Shown piece by piece: positions 13,779 through 27,479 of a DNA stretch of 64,000 bases. The stretch is from NCBI RefSeq assembly GCF_009914755.1, contig NC_060937.1. One strand, 5' to 3'. The position numbers and the translations under genes were made by a program. Source of the DNA: the human T2T-CHM13v2.0 reference genome, Homo sapiens. The notes beneath the pieces were generated by a model. It had not been told where the DNA came from. It saw nothing but the letters and a program-made list of their open reading frames with translations, and did no database searches. Positions within the stretch are counted from its first letter, which is position 1; each line of letters starts with the position of its first letter.

Positions 13779-15093
13779 ATAACCAAAATTATACCAAACA
13801 CAATCTTGGACCACAGTACAATGAAAATAGAAGTCAAGACTTTTAAAATCACTCATACCATACAATTACATGAAAATTAAATGACATGCTCCTGAATGAC
13901 TCTTGGGTAAATCTGAAATTAAGGCAGAAAAGAAGTACTTTGAAATTAATGAGAATAAAAATGCAACATATTAGAATCTGTGGTACACAGCTAAGGCAAT
14001 GTTAAGCAGGAAATTCATAGCACTGAATGTCCACATCAAAAAATTAGAAAGATGTTACATTAGTAACCTAACATCAAAACCAAAAGAATTAGAGAAGCAA
14101 GAGTAAACCAACCCCAAAGCTAGCAGAAGACAAGAAATAACCAAAATCAGAGCTGAACTAAAGAAAATTGAGACACAAAAAAGAATTCAAAAGATCAGCA
14201 GATCCAGGAGTTGATTTTTTGAAACAAATAATTAGTAATATAGGCCACTAGTTAGACTAATAAAGAAGAAGAAAGAGAAAATCCAAATAAACACAATTAG
14301 AAATGACAAAGGGGAAGTTACTCCTGACCCCACAATAATAAAAATAACCATCAGAAACTGCTACAGACACCTCTATGCACACAAAGTAGAAAACCTAGAA
14401 GAGATGGATAAATTCCCAGACACATACATCCTCCCAAGACTGAACCAGGAAGAAATTGATTACCTGAACAGACCAATAATGAGCTCCAAAACTAAATCAG
14501 TAATAAATAGCCCACCAACCAAAAAAAGCCCAGTGCTACACAGATTCACAGCTGAATTCTGCCAGATGTACAAAGAAGAGCTTGTACTATTTCTGCTGAA
14601 ACTATTCCAAAAAAATTGAGGAGGAGGGGCTCCTCCCTAACTGATTCAGTGATGGCAGCATCATCCTGATACCAAAACCTGGCAGAGACACAACAGCAGC
14701 AACAACAACAACAACAAAACTTTAGGCCAATATTCTTGATGAACACTGATGCAAAAATCTTCAACAAAATACTGGCAAACTGAATCCAGCAGCACATCAA
14801 AAAGTTTATCTACCATGATCAAGTAGACTTTATCCCTGGGATGCAAGATTGGTTCAACATATGCAAATCAATAAATGTGATTCATCACACAAATAGAACT
14901 AAAAACAAAAACTATATGATTATCTCAATTGATGCAGAAAAGGCTTTTAATAAAATTCAACATCACTACATGTTAAACACTCTCCATAAACTAGGTATTG
15001 AAGGAACATACCTCAAAATAATAAGAGCCACCTATGACAGACCCACAGCCAACAACATACTGAATGGGCAAAAATTGGAAGCATTCCCCTTAA

Positions 15094-15438
<345 letters not shown>

Positions 15439-18400
15439 AAGGATGCCCTCTCTCAACACTCCTATTCAACAAAGTATTGGAAATCCTGGCCAGGGTAATC
15501 AGGCATGAGAAAGAAAGAAAGAACATCCAAATAGGAAGAGAGGAAGCTAAACTATCCCTATTTGCAAATGGCATGATCCCATGTCTAGAAAACCTCGTAG
15601 TCTCAGCCCAAAAGCTCCTTAAGCTGATAAACAACTTCAGCAAAGTCTCAGGCTACAAAATCAATGTGCCAAAATCACAGACATTCTTATACACCAACAA
15701 CAGTCAAGCTAAGAGCCAAATCAGGAACACAGTCCCATTCACAATTGCCACATAAAGAATAAGATCTTTAGGAATACAGCTAACCAAGGATGTGAACGAT
15801 CTCTACAAGGAGAACTATGAAACACAAAGTTCAAAGGAATCAGAGATGACACAAGCAAATGGAAAAATGTTCCATGCTAATGGATAGGAAGAATCAGTAT
15901 TATTAAAATGGCCATACTGACGAAAGCGATTTATAGATTGAATGCTATTCCTGTTAAACTACCAGTGACATTCTTCACAGAACTAGAAAAAACTATTATA
16001 AAATTCATATGGAACCAAAAAAGAGCCTGACTAGCCAAGGCAAGCCTAAGCAAAAAGAGAAAAGCTAGAGGCATCATGCTACCTGCCTTCGTACTATACT
16101 ACAGGGCTATAGCATGGTGCTGGTACATAAACAAACACATAGACCAATGGAACTGAATAGAGAACCCAGAAATAAGGCTGCATACCTACAACTATCTGAT
16201 CTTTGACAAAGCTGACAAAAACAAGCAATGGGGAAAGGATTCCCTATTCAATAAATAGTGCTGGGATAACTGGCTAGCCATATGCAGAAGATTGAAACTG
16301 GACCCCTTCCATACACCATATACAAAAATTAATTCAAGATATATTAAAGACTTTAATGTAAAATGCAAAACTATAAAAACCCTGGAAGACAACCTAGGCA
16401 ATACTATTTGAGGCATAGGAATGAGCAAAGATTTAATGATAAAGACACCAAAGCAATTGCAACAAAAGCAAAAATTGACAGATGGGGTATAATTAAACTA
16501 AAGAGCATCTGCATTACAAAGAAAACTATCAACAGAGTGAACAGACAACCTACAGAATGGGAGAAAATTTTTGCAAACTATGCATCTGACAAAGGCCTAA
16601 TATCCGGCATTTATAAGGAACTTAAACAAATTTACAAAAGAAAAACAAACAACCCCATTAAAAAGTGGGCAAAGGCCATGAAAAGACACTCCAAAAGAAG
16701 ACATACATGTGATCAACAAGCATGAAAAAAGCTCAATGTCACTGATCATTAGAGAAATGCAAATCAAAATCACAATAAGATACCATCTCACATCAGGCAG
16801 GATAGCAATTACTAAAAAGAAAAAAAAATAACAGATGCTGTTGAGGTTGTGGAGAAAAAGGAACATTTATACACTCTTGGTGGGAGTGTAAATTAGTTCA
16901 ACCATTGTGGAAGACAGTGCAACAATTCCTCTAAAACCTAAAAACAGAAATATCATTTGACCCAGCATCCCATTACTGGGTATATACCCAAACCAATATA
17001 AATTATTCTATTATAGGGACACATGCGTATGCTTATTGCAGCACTATTTGTGATAACAAAGTCATGGAATCAACCTAAATGCACATCGATGATAGACTGG
17101 ATAAAGAAAATGTGGTACATATACACCATAGAATACTATGCTGCCATTAAAAAGAACATGAGCATGTCTTTTGTGGGAACATGGATGGAGCTGGAGGCCA
17201 TTATACTTAGCAAACTAACTCAGGGACAGAAAACCAAATATTGTATGTTCTCATTTATAAGTGGGAGCTAAATGATGAGAACACACGGACACATAGAGGG
17301 GAACAATACACACCGGATCCTATTGGAAGGTGGAGGGTGGGAAGAGGGAGAGGATTAGGAAAAATAACTAGTGGGTACTAGGCTTAATACTTGGGTGATG
17401 AAATAATCTGTACAAGAAACCCCCATGGCATAAGTTTTCCTATATAATAAACCTGCATGTGTATCCCTGAACTTAAAAGCTAAATTTAGAAAAAAAAGAC
17501 CTAGAAAACATATTTAAGGAAATAATGGCTGAAATTTTCCCAAATCTGGAGATAACCAGCAGCACTCAAGTACAGGAAATTCAAAGGTCACCAATTAGAT
17601 TAAATGCAGGAGGAATTTCCCAAGGTACATCATAATCAAATTAGCAAAAATCAAAGAGAAAGAATATTTGAAGCACAAAGAATAAAGAAACATGTGACGT
17701 TCAACAGAGCCCCAGTACAGCTTTCAGCAGATTATTCAGCAGAAACCCTGCAGGCTAGGAGAGAGTGTTGAAGAAAAAAAAAAAACAAAAAACCTCTCAA
17801 CTGAGACTACTATACCCATTAAAGTGTCTCTTCAAACACAAAGGAGAGATAAAGACTTTCCCCAAATAACAAAAGATGAAGGAATTCATAAACACCAAAC
17901 CTGTCCAAAAAAATGCTACAGGGAGTCCTTCCATCTGGAAGAAATGGACCCTAAGGTGTAACAAGAAAACATTTCAAAATATAAAACTCACTGCTTCAAG
18001 TAAGAAAATTGAAAACTAGACAAATTCAGAATATATTAATACTGTAATTGTGGTAAGTAAACCACTTACATCTTAAATATGAAGACTAAAAGACAAAACT
18101 ATTAAAAACAACAATTGCAACAGCTGGTTAAGAGATAGGCACTATGGAAGGATGTAAGTTGAAACATCAAGAAGTCAAAATATGTAGAAGGTGCTATTAA
18201 AGTGTGGAGTTTGTTTTTGATGCTTTTCCTTGTGAGCAAAGTCAAGTTGTCATCAGTTTAAAATTGCCTATTATAACATGTTTTTTGTAAGCCTCATGGT
18301 AACCTCAAAGCATAAACCTGTAATAGCACAGAATCAAAACACATTACTAGAGAAAATTACTTAAACACAAAGGTAGTAAGAGAGGTAAAAAGGAAGAAAG

Positions 18401-18697
18401 TATTCACACAATAAGCAGAAAATGAATAACAAAATGACAATAGGAAACCCTTACCTATCAATAAAAACCTTGAATATAAGTAAATAAATAAATAATGTAA
18501 GCCCCAGCTATATGCTGTCTATAAGAAACTCACTTTCTCTATAAAGACACAGGCTGAAAATGAAGGGATGGACAAAGATATTCCACGTAAATTGAAACCA
18601 AAAAAGAGCAGGAGCAACTATACTTATATCAGATAAAGTAAACTTTAAGTCAAGAATGGTAAGACAAGGAGGGCCATCGTATAAAAACCAAGAGGAC

Positions 18698-18788
18698 GGG
18701 CTGGTCTCAAACTCCTGACCTCAGGTGATCCGCCTACCTCGGCCTCCCAAAGTGCTGGGATAACAGGCATGAGCCACTGCACCCGGCC
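18698..18788 (-). mobile_element. Partial AluS (5' ~90 nt of the left monomer only)
   Basis: ggctggtctcaaactcctgacctcaggtgatccgcc...acccggcc; no right arm or tail. Confidence 0.85.
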
Positions 18789-19499
18789 CTTGGTTATACG
18801 CTTTAAAGAATTTGTTTGCTATTTTGCACATTTCTGCCTTAAGACTGTGTTTCTAGCAACTATTTAAACTTATAAACTCTTCATTGATAAAGAATAAATC
18901 TTATATCACTAAAAGATGAATATGCAATAAGATGTTTTCAGACAAAGAAAAGCTGAATTCATTTTTCTCAAGCTTATCTCTACTACAAGAAATGTTGGAA
19001 AAAAACCTGAGGAGTACAAAAAAAAATTATACCAAATAGAAACCTAGTTAATTAAGAAACAATGAATAGCACCATAAGTGGTAAATAATCAGTGAATATA
19101 AAGGACCTTTTGAAACAATCTTGAAATCTCTTTAAAAGAATACTGATTATTTAAATAAATACATTAATCATATATTGTGGGTGTTATAGCTAATATAAAA
19201 GTAAAATATTTGACAACAGGAGTACAAAAGGTTGGAAGGGGCTAAATGTATATATCTATTGTAAGGTTCTTTTTTTTTCTTACCCTTTTCTATGGTGCTG
19301 ATATTGTAAGGTTCTTTAATCATGAAGTAGTAGAATATTTTTTGAAGGGTGGTTGTGTTAAGGCACATATTGTGATCCTTAAAGAAGTCACTTTTTTAAC
19401 AACACTAAGGAGAATAACAAGAAAGTCATTTTTAAAAAGTGGTGTTTGAACAAATCGTCTGTTCACAGTAAAGAAGGCAAGAAAAGAATAGAGGAATAA

Positions 19500-19789
19500 G
19501 GCTGAGTGCTGTGGCTCATGCCTGTAATCTAAGTGCTTTGGCAGGTCAAGGCAGGAGGATTCCTTGATGCCAGGTGTTTGAGGACAGCCTAGGCAACATG
19601 GCAAGACCCTGTCTCTACAAATTTTCTGTTTAGAAATTAGCCAGGAATGGTGACATGTACATGTAGTTCTAGCTACTCAGGAGGCTGAGGAAGATCATAA
19701 GAGCCCAGGAATTTGAGGTTTTAGTGAGCTATGATTGTGCCACTGGACTCCAGGCAGGGTGACAGAGCGAGACCTTGTCTCTAAAAAAA
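19500..19789 (+). mobile_element. AluJ
   Basis: Diverged Alu dimer with a short A-tail. Confidence 0.88.
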
Positions 19790-20935
19790 GGGGGAATAGA
19801 GAATAGAAGAACAGAAACAGATCAGACAAACAGAAAACAAGTACCAAAATGGTAAACTTTAGCCTAAACACATTAGTAATTTTGTTAAAGGTAAATGGGT
19901 TAAACACCACAATAAAAAAAATAGAGATTGTCAAACTGGCTAATGAAGAACCACTCAATTATTTGCTATTTACTAGGAAGCGTACTTAAATAAAGATACT
20001 GATGGTTAAAAAGTAAAACTGGAAAAAGATAACAGTAGGCATTATAAAGCTCTTATGGCTGTATTAACTGACTAGGTAGAAAATAATACTAAAGAAAAAG
20101 AATATTACCAAGTATAGAGAAAAGTTTGAAAATGTTTAAAGGGTCAATTCATCAAGAACACAGAACAATCTAAATGTGTATAGATATAATTAGAATGCCT
20201 CAAAATTCATAAACCAAAATTTGACAGAACTAAAGTGAGAAGTAGAACAATTCACCATCATAACTAGAGATTAGACTTAATATATCTTGATCAAGAATTG
20301 ATATGTGCAGTCAAAAACAATTCAATAAAGATATAGAAGATCTGAAATAACTCCAGCGACTAACTTGACCTAATTAACATTTATAGAATGATACATCCAA
20401 CAACTGCAGAATAAACATTACTTTTTAGGTACACATAGAACAATTTCAAGATAGAACATTTGTTGGGCCATAAAACCTGTCTCAGGAAATTTTAAAAGAT
20501 TGAAATATTGTAGTTCTCGTACCACAACAGAAATAAAATAGTCACAATAAGATATCTAGAAAAGTACCAAATATTTGTGCTAAATATTAATTTAAATATT
20601 AAAAAGCACTAAGTGTTTGGAAATCAAACAACACACTAATTAAAAAATAGGTCAAGAAAGAAAACACCGAGGAAATCAGAAATATTTTGAACTGAATAAC
20701 AATGAAGACAGTACAGAAATTGGCATATTTAACAAGAAGTTTCAGATAGATGCTAGAGTAACAGATAGAAATCAGAGAAATAGAGGTGGAGATATAAAAA
20801 GGGGGTAAAGAAAATAATTAAATATAAAATAGATTCAATTATATTTCAGCACATAGCAATGTTTGCTTGTTATTGATTGAAATAATTCTGTCACACGTGT
20901 AATACTACACTTATCACATACAGAAATACTTAGTC

Positions 20936-21325
20936 TGATATGGTTTGGATCTGTGTCCTCACCAAGTCTCATGTCAAATGGTAATCTCCAGTGTTGAAGG
21001 TGGGGCCTAGTGGGAGGTGATTGGATCATGGGGATGGATTTCCACCTTGATGCTGTTCTCCTGATAGCAAGCGAGTTCTCATGAGATCTGTTAGTTTCAA
21101 AGTGTGTGGCACCTCCCCCGTCTTCCTGCTGCTCTGGCCATGTAAGACCGCTTCCCCCTTCACCTGCTATGATCGTAAGTTTCCTGAGGCCTCCCCAGAA
21201 GCTGAGCAGATGCTGCCATGCTTTCTTTACAGCCTGGAGAACCGTGAGCCAATTAAAGCTCTTTTCTTTATAAATTACCCAGTGTCAGATATTTCTTTAT
21301 AGTAGTGTGAGAACAGCCTAATACA
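20936..21325 (+). mobile_element. MST (MSTA/MSTB-like MaLR) solo LTR, sense to LRRC63
   Basis: TGATATGGTTTGG...CTAATACA termini, 390 bp, ATTAAA at 21252-21257. Confidence 0.9.
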
Positions 21326-21538
21326 CAGTGCTTCTACTTTGCTTCTATCTTTTACATACCAAAGAAATTATTATCATGACAGACTAAAAAAAAATGAATG
21401 GACGAGGAGTATAGGCTTGTTAGTATATTGTGTAAAACATTCTCATTCAAATTATGTGCTGATTTTGTTTTACTCTTGTATAAACTATTTTGTGCCTTGT
21501 TAGTGATTAACACCTTATCTCTTGTCACTTTCTTTTAG

Positions 21539-21637
21539 GGCTTTTTTATCCTAAATTGTCCAGACTTAACACCTTTGGCTTTCCAGTTGATATATCTTAA
21601 TTTATCATTTAATGATCTTCATTACTTTCCCACAGAA
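21539..21637 (+). CDS. LRRC63: LRRC63 coding exon (99 nt, phase 0-0), first LRR: GFFILNCPDLTPLAFQLIYLNLSFNDLHYFPTE
   Basis: cactttcttttAG acceptor; GAA|GTGAGT donor; LxxLxLxxNxL motif (LIYLNLSFNDL). Confidence 0.93.
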
Positions 21638-22869
21638 GTGAGTCAACTTTTATTGTTATGTACTGATATAACTTGTCGTGAATAATAATTATAATAAAAA
21701 TAGACGTCTTTTAATACCTTGAAGTTACTATAAAGTACTGTAAATGTATTTTGGATTGCATCTTTTGAATGGCTTATTTTCAGAAGCACAAAATGTACAG
21801 TACATCTTTCTTAGGAAATCCCATGATGTAATCCTCAAAGACTATGTTATAGTGAGACTCTCAAATGTGTTCTCATAATTCTATAATGTATATTAAATAT
21901 TTATTCTTCTAACTCTGAATGTAATCTAAAATAAACCTTATTTATGTGCCAATCAGAAGCTTTAAAAACAAAGTAAACATGCAGTGTTGTAATAAGTTTT
22001 AATTACCAAACGATAAAATATAATATTCTGCTTAATAAAATGTATGAAGGATAATCAGATATGAGATGAGCTAATTTAATGTCATTTCAAGTGAATGAAC
22101 CATTATGAGTGATTAGGACAAATTACGTTTTTCGTGTCTTTAGTCATTGCTTCATTGATTACTGGGTAATTGGTGGTTTTGTGAATTGATTTCCAGAGTA
22201 TTGTCTTTTAGTGAGTTTATTTTTGGCAAATGTATTTTCTTCTTTCAATCAGATGGTATTGAAAACATATATTTTCCATACTTTCTCTATAATATAATGT
22301 TTTTATTTTCAATTGGAGAAGTTATTTCTTTTCTAATACATAACACCAGTTTTATTAATTTGACTAGGAGAAATTGACAAGAATTCCCAAGGAATATAGT
22401 GATCTGAGTTCTTCACACTAATTTAACCTTTCTTCTAAGTAGATACAGATAATATTTGTGTATCTGCCAAAGAAAACTCCATCCACTAAAAAATAAATGT
22501 GTGAAGACAGGAGAGCTAGTCACTTGTAAGATATAAAGTGCTCATTGTTAAAGTGACAGAGATCAACTTGTCATTAAAATGCAGGTCTGTGTTATATAGC
22601 TATAGATAAAATATTCCAATGAAGATGGTAATATCTAAGCTTAGAGAGGCTGTTTTGGGGACAGGCTAATGAGGCCCAGTTGTTAGCATGGCATAAAGGC
22701 AATGAATAAAAGGCTGGGGACTGAGGTAAGTGGGGTGATTCAAATTATTACCGATTTCATGGAAAATTCAAAATGGTTGAATTAGGCAAATTGCAGTGTC
22801 CACTAAAATAGTTTCAGATGGGAGAAGGTAGAAGCAGAAATGTTAAATAAAGAAGATTAATATAGCAAA

Positions 22870-24700
22870 CTCTATATACATATACTTGGTCTTCTTCTCT
22901 AAGATTCTTAAACAGTCATAAAATCATAGTAATAAGTATAATAATGTATTGTTAGGTCTGTAACATATATGGATATGATATATGTAGAAATTATAGACAA
23001 AAAAGGAAGAAGGAATTGAATATGTATGAAGAACATTTTCATATCTCACTGGAATTAAGTTAGTATAAATCTGAAGTAAATTCTGATAAGGTGTATATTA
23101 TAACCTCTAAACAATCACTAAGAAAATAACTCAAGAGAACATACTGAAAACATTTATTGAAGTCATAAAATGTTACACTAGAACATATTCACTTGATGCA
23201 AAAAAAGGCAGTAGAGGAAGAATTAAAAGAACATATGACATATAGAAAGCTAAAAGTGAAATGACAGATGTAAATCCAATCATGTCAATAATAACATTAA
23301 ATGTGAATATATCAAACAATCCAATCAAAAGATACAGATAGTCAAACTGTACAAAATTATACAAGTTCTTATACAGATTCAATGATACGCTGTCTGCAGG
23401 AAACACACTTAAGATTAAAAGAAACACACTTAAGATTGAAGAGGTTGAAGCCAAAAGCATGAGAAAATATATATCATGCAAACAGCAACAATAGAAATGC
23501 TGGAGAGACTATACTAATATCAGACAAAATATATTTTAAAGCAAAAAAAGTTACTAGAGATAAAAAGAGACATTTGTCAATTTATCAGATAATAGAACTT
23601 TATAAACAAATGTTTATTTAGTAACAGAGCCCCAAAGTATATGAAACAAAAACCAAAGGAATTGGAGGAATAGAAAATGCAACTATAATAATTGGACACT
23701 TCAATATCCCACTTTCGATAATGAATAGAAAAATTAGGCAGAAGAACAAGAGGGAAATAGAAGAATTGAACAACACTATAAACCAATTAGACCTAATAAA
23801 TCTGTATGGAATGTATTAGGGTCTAACTCAAACCAATAGCAGCAGAATACACAATTCTTGAGTTCATGTAGAACATTTTCCAGGATAAATCATATGTTAG
23901 GCTACAAAATCAGTCTCAATAAATTTAAAAGGATTGAAAAATTACAAAAGTCTATTTTTGGCTACAATAGAATTAAATTATAAACCAAAAACTGAAAGAA
24001 ATTTGGAAATTCACAAATATATGGAAATTAAGCAACATACTCCTAAATAACCAGTGGGTCAAAGAATAAGTTATAAGTGAAATTAGAAAATATTTTTAGA
24101 TAAATGAAAATGAAAACACAACATACCAAAATTTCTGAGATGCATTACAGAGTACTCAGAGGGAAACTTATAGCTGTAAATGTAAATCTTTTAAAAAAGA
24201 AGAAATACCTCAAACTAACTTTTCATGTAAAGCCACTAGAAAAAAAGGGCAAACTAAACCTAAACAGAGAATAAGCAAGGAGATAGTAAATATTAGTACA
24301 GAAATTAGTGAAATAGAAGATAGAAAAACAGAGAAAATTTAAAAACAGAAGTTATTACTTTTAAAAAATCAACAAAATTGACAAACTTTACGTAGACTTA
24401 ACAAGAGAAAAAGACAGAAGACTTATGTTACTAAAGACCAGGATGAAAGAAGAAACATCACTACTGACCTTAAGAAATTAAAAAGATTTAAAGAAAATAC
24501 TATAAATAACTGTATACCAATCAATTAAATAACTTAGGTGAAATGAACACATTCCTACAAAGACACAAGAAAGGTCTTTAGAAAATATGAATGGCTCCAT
24601 GATCTTAAAAATTATATAGAAATGCAAAGGATTACAAAGAGCCAAAATAATTTTGAAAAGAAAGGCAAACTTGGAGCACTGATGCTTCCTGATTACAAGA
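22870..24700 (+). mobile_element. Old L1M (inter-ORF region and ORF2 5' part)
   Basis: Degenerate endonuclease-domain motifs; A-rich. Confidence 0.75.
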
Positions 24701-25366
24701 ATGAACTTGCTCTACTCCACCAATTTTGGACCTTTATGATGATAACAAGGTTGAATTTAATATTAAAGAGAACTAATATAAGACCTTGTTAATATTCACC
24801 AGAGAAAAATATACTAATCAAGTAAAGATCATAGATTATTTCTTTGTTTTTCTTTTTAAAATTTGTATAAATTTAAGAGGAAGATAATAGATTTAAATGG
24901 TTTACTCTATTTTTTAAATTTCACATGAAAAATCAGTGTACCTGAAATTACTGGGATGTCAGAAATAATCTGGCTTTGATCTCTAACACTTTTCTGATCA
25001 CTAAGGTTAATTCCACCTTTCTTCCTGGTTCTGCAGATACCTCCTTCCTCCCTCATTATTCCGTGATTTCCTCGTATGAAACCGTGAGCTTGATCAGAAA
25101 GGGTAACTTTCACACTTAGGAAAGCACCATTCTTGAGTCAAGGGTGTATGAGTACAGTGGTTGCACTATTTCACCATATCATACCTATTAATGCTGGTCA
25201 CTTGTTTTGAAGGTTGACCGAGGGTGTTTACTGAGTTACATGATATAGCCAATTAATGTTGCTATAATGATTCTACATTAGTTCAGAGAGTTTATAAAAG
25301 GTAACAAATAATGATTTGCATACTTTATTATTCCGCTCATGTTTGTTTCTCTTTTCTGTTCCCCAG

Positions 25367-25503
25367 ATATTATGTCTTAAAAATTTACAAATACTGAAAT
25401 TGAGAAATAATCCTATCAAAGAAATTCCTTCTGAAATTCAACAACTTGAGTTCCTTAGAATTTTCACCATTGCTTTTAATTTAATTACTGTTCTTCCAAT
25501 TGG
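25367..25503 (+). CDS. LRRC63: LRRC63 coding exon (137 nt, phase 0-2), two LRRs: ILCLKNLQILKLRNNPIKEIPSEIQQLEFLRIFTIAFNLITVLPI
   Basis: ttttctgttccccAG acceptor; GG|GTAAGG donor; two LRR motifs. Confidence 0.94.
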
Positions 25504-25811
25504 GTAAGGTTGATGGTCTGAGATTATAAACACAGAAAATAATTCATAATTTCGAAAAAGATCAATTTCCCCTTTCAAAGCAGCTAGCAGCTTTTTGGCT
25601 ATTTAGTAATTTGTATTCTATTCTAATTAGCTAATACGCTTCTTCTTATGGTGTTAAAAACAATCCTACCAGCTACATACAGAGCAATTAATATGGGTCT
25701 AGTGACTATACATTTAGAAACACGTTATCTGAGTACGGGTTAAATTAACAGGAATTATCTAAAGCAGTTCAGGTGAGAGCCTTGCACCTATCTCTTGACA
25801 GCCTTTTTGGA

Positions 25812-25985
25812 TATGGAAAGAGCACTGAATTTGGGATGAGGAAATCTAGTCCTTTGACTTTAAAGTTGATGATAATTATATATTTGATCTGGAGAAAGTA
25901 ATTTAACCATTCTTGGCCTCAATTTCCTAATCTGTAAACTAAGGAGATTGGCTTATATGATATCTAAGACCCTTTCAACTCCATA
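25812..25985 (+). mobile_element. MIR-family SINE
   Basis: ggcctcaatttcctaatctgtaaa core and MIR3-like end. Confidence 0.6.
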
Positions 25986-26489
25986 AGAATGCTGATATTT
26001 GGACATAAAAGAGATGGGTTTCTTCCCACGTATGGACTAGTAATTATTTAACTCCTAATGAAAATTTTAAACCAAAACCTTAACCAAATGTCAAAACAAG
26101 ATACTTATTCCAATCAGAGTTTAACAAATTGAATCTCTCAGTACAAAGAGAAAGGGACTCATAAATAGTTGAATAATACTTTGCAAAATAAGAGTCTTAT
26201 CTATAGTAATTAAGGAAGTGCATCCAAATTCATTTATAAAGATGTTCATTCAGTATTGTTTGTAATTAATGATCTAAAAAATTGTACATTCATAAACATT
26301 CAGTTATTTAAAAGAATAAGAAATTATATTAAAAAATTATACCATTTCTGTATAAAATGCATATACATATCACACATTACACACTACATATATAAAAAGA
26401 AAGAATAAACACTAAAGAAGTAAGAATGTTACATATGGGTATTTTATTTCTGTTTGACTCATCCGGATTTTTCCACAGTACATAAACTG

Positions 26490-26795
26490 TATTTTCCCTG
26501 CCCTGACACTATCTGCCATTTCTCTAAGGAAATCCTGTTTCCTTTTATTAGAAAATAGTGTTTAAAAGCCAAGATCTGGGTGTTGGGTATCCTCATCACC
26601 ATTAGGTTATCATTCCTTCTAGACCCTCTCATTGGAGAGAGCAAAGTAATATATGTATGTATACTAACCCATGTGTACACACATATCTGTAATTGTTTAT
26701 ATAGATACAAACACATATACAATTACATATATACACACACAGAACTATATATGTATAAATATATATGTATATATACAGCATCTAAACATGAATTC
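26490..26795 (-). mobile_element. L1MD/MC-like 3' fragment with a TA-rich tract
   Basis: ccatttctctaaggaaatcctgtttccttttattagaaaatagtg motif. Confidence 0.55.
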
Positions 26796-27479
26796 CTACT
26801 GGATAATCTATAATCATAATTATACATTTTCAATAATCATAACTACCATTTAAACAAAATAAAAATTCCTAAAGCAAGTGAAATGTGATTATAACTAAAA
26901 GGTCAACATTTTGTTCATTGTTTAGATATTGGACAAATAAGTATGAATTGTTGATTATAATCAAAAAGTTTGCAGAAGCTATTTTTAAAAACTATTAGTG
27001 TTTCTGAAATAAAGCGGCATATTTTTATTAAATAACATAGGATATGTATGCATATCAGGGGAAGAATGACAGCATATTAAAGCCAAGAATGAAAAACATA
27101 ATGGGGAAAACTTAACTTTATTGACCTCAAAGAAGACTTCAAGCAAGCTCTGACATAATAAAAATGTTTATTTGCAAAGTTTGTTCAATGAAAACTCACC
27201 AGGAGGGCACTTATACAGTGAAGAATGAAGGTGCTGAATTCTTCATATCTAAGGGTTGTTGTCAGAAATCTACCTTGCTGAGCAAAGAAGACCTCACGGA
27301 GTGTGGTGAGACTTGGAGATCAGTAACTGAATTAAATTGAGTGAAATTTAGTGAACCAAACCATTATGTAATATATTTGAGATATTCTGGCTCCATGTAA
27401 ATTCTGGAGTTTGGACATTATTACCATCACAAGCAATTGCACTGATACACTTTGAATGTTATACTTTCATTCTTGTAAT

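Larger units (their letters stand above)
17498..20710 (+). mobile_element. Old L1M ORF1/ORF2 fragments (at least two elements)
   Basis: Degenerate ORF1 end, inter-ORF spacer and endonuclease motifs occur twice; boundaries approximate. Confidence 0.7.
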
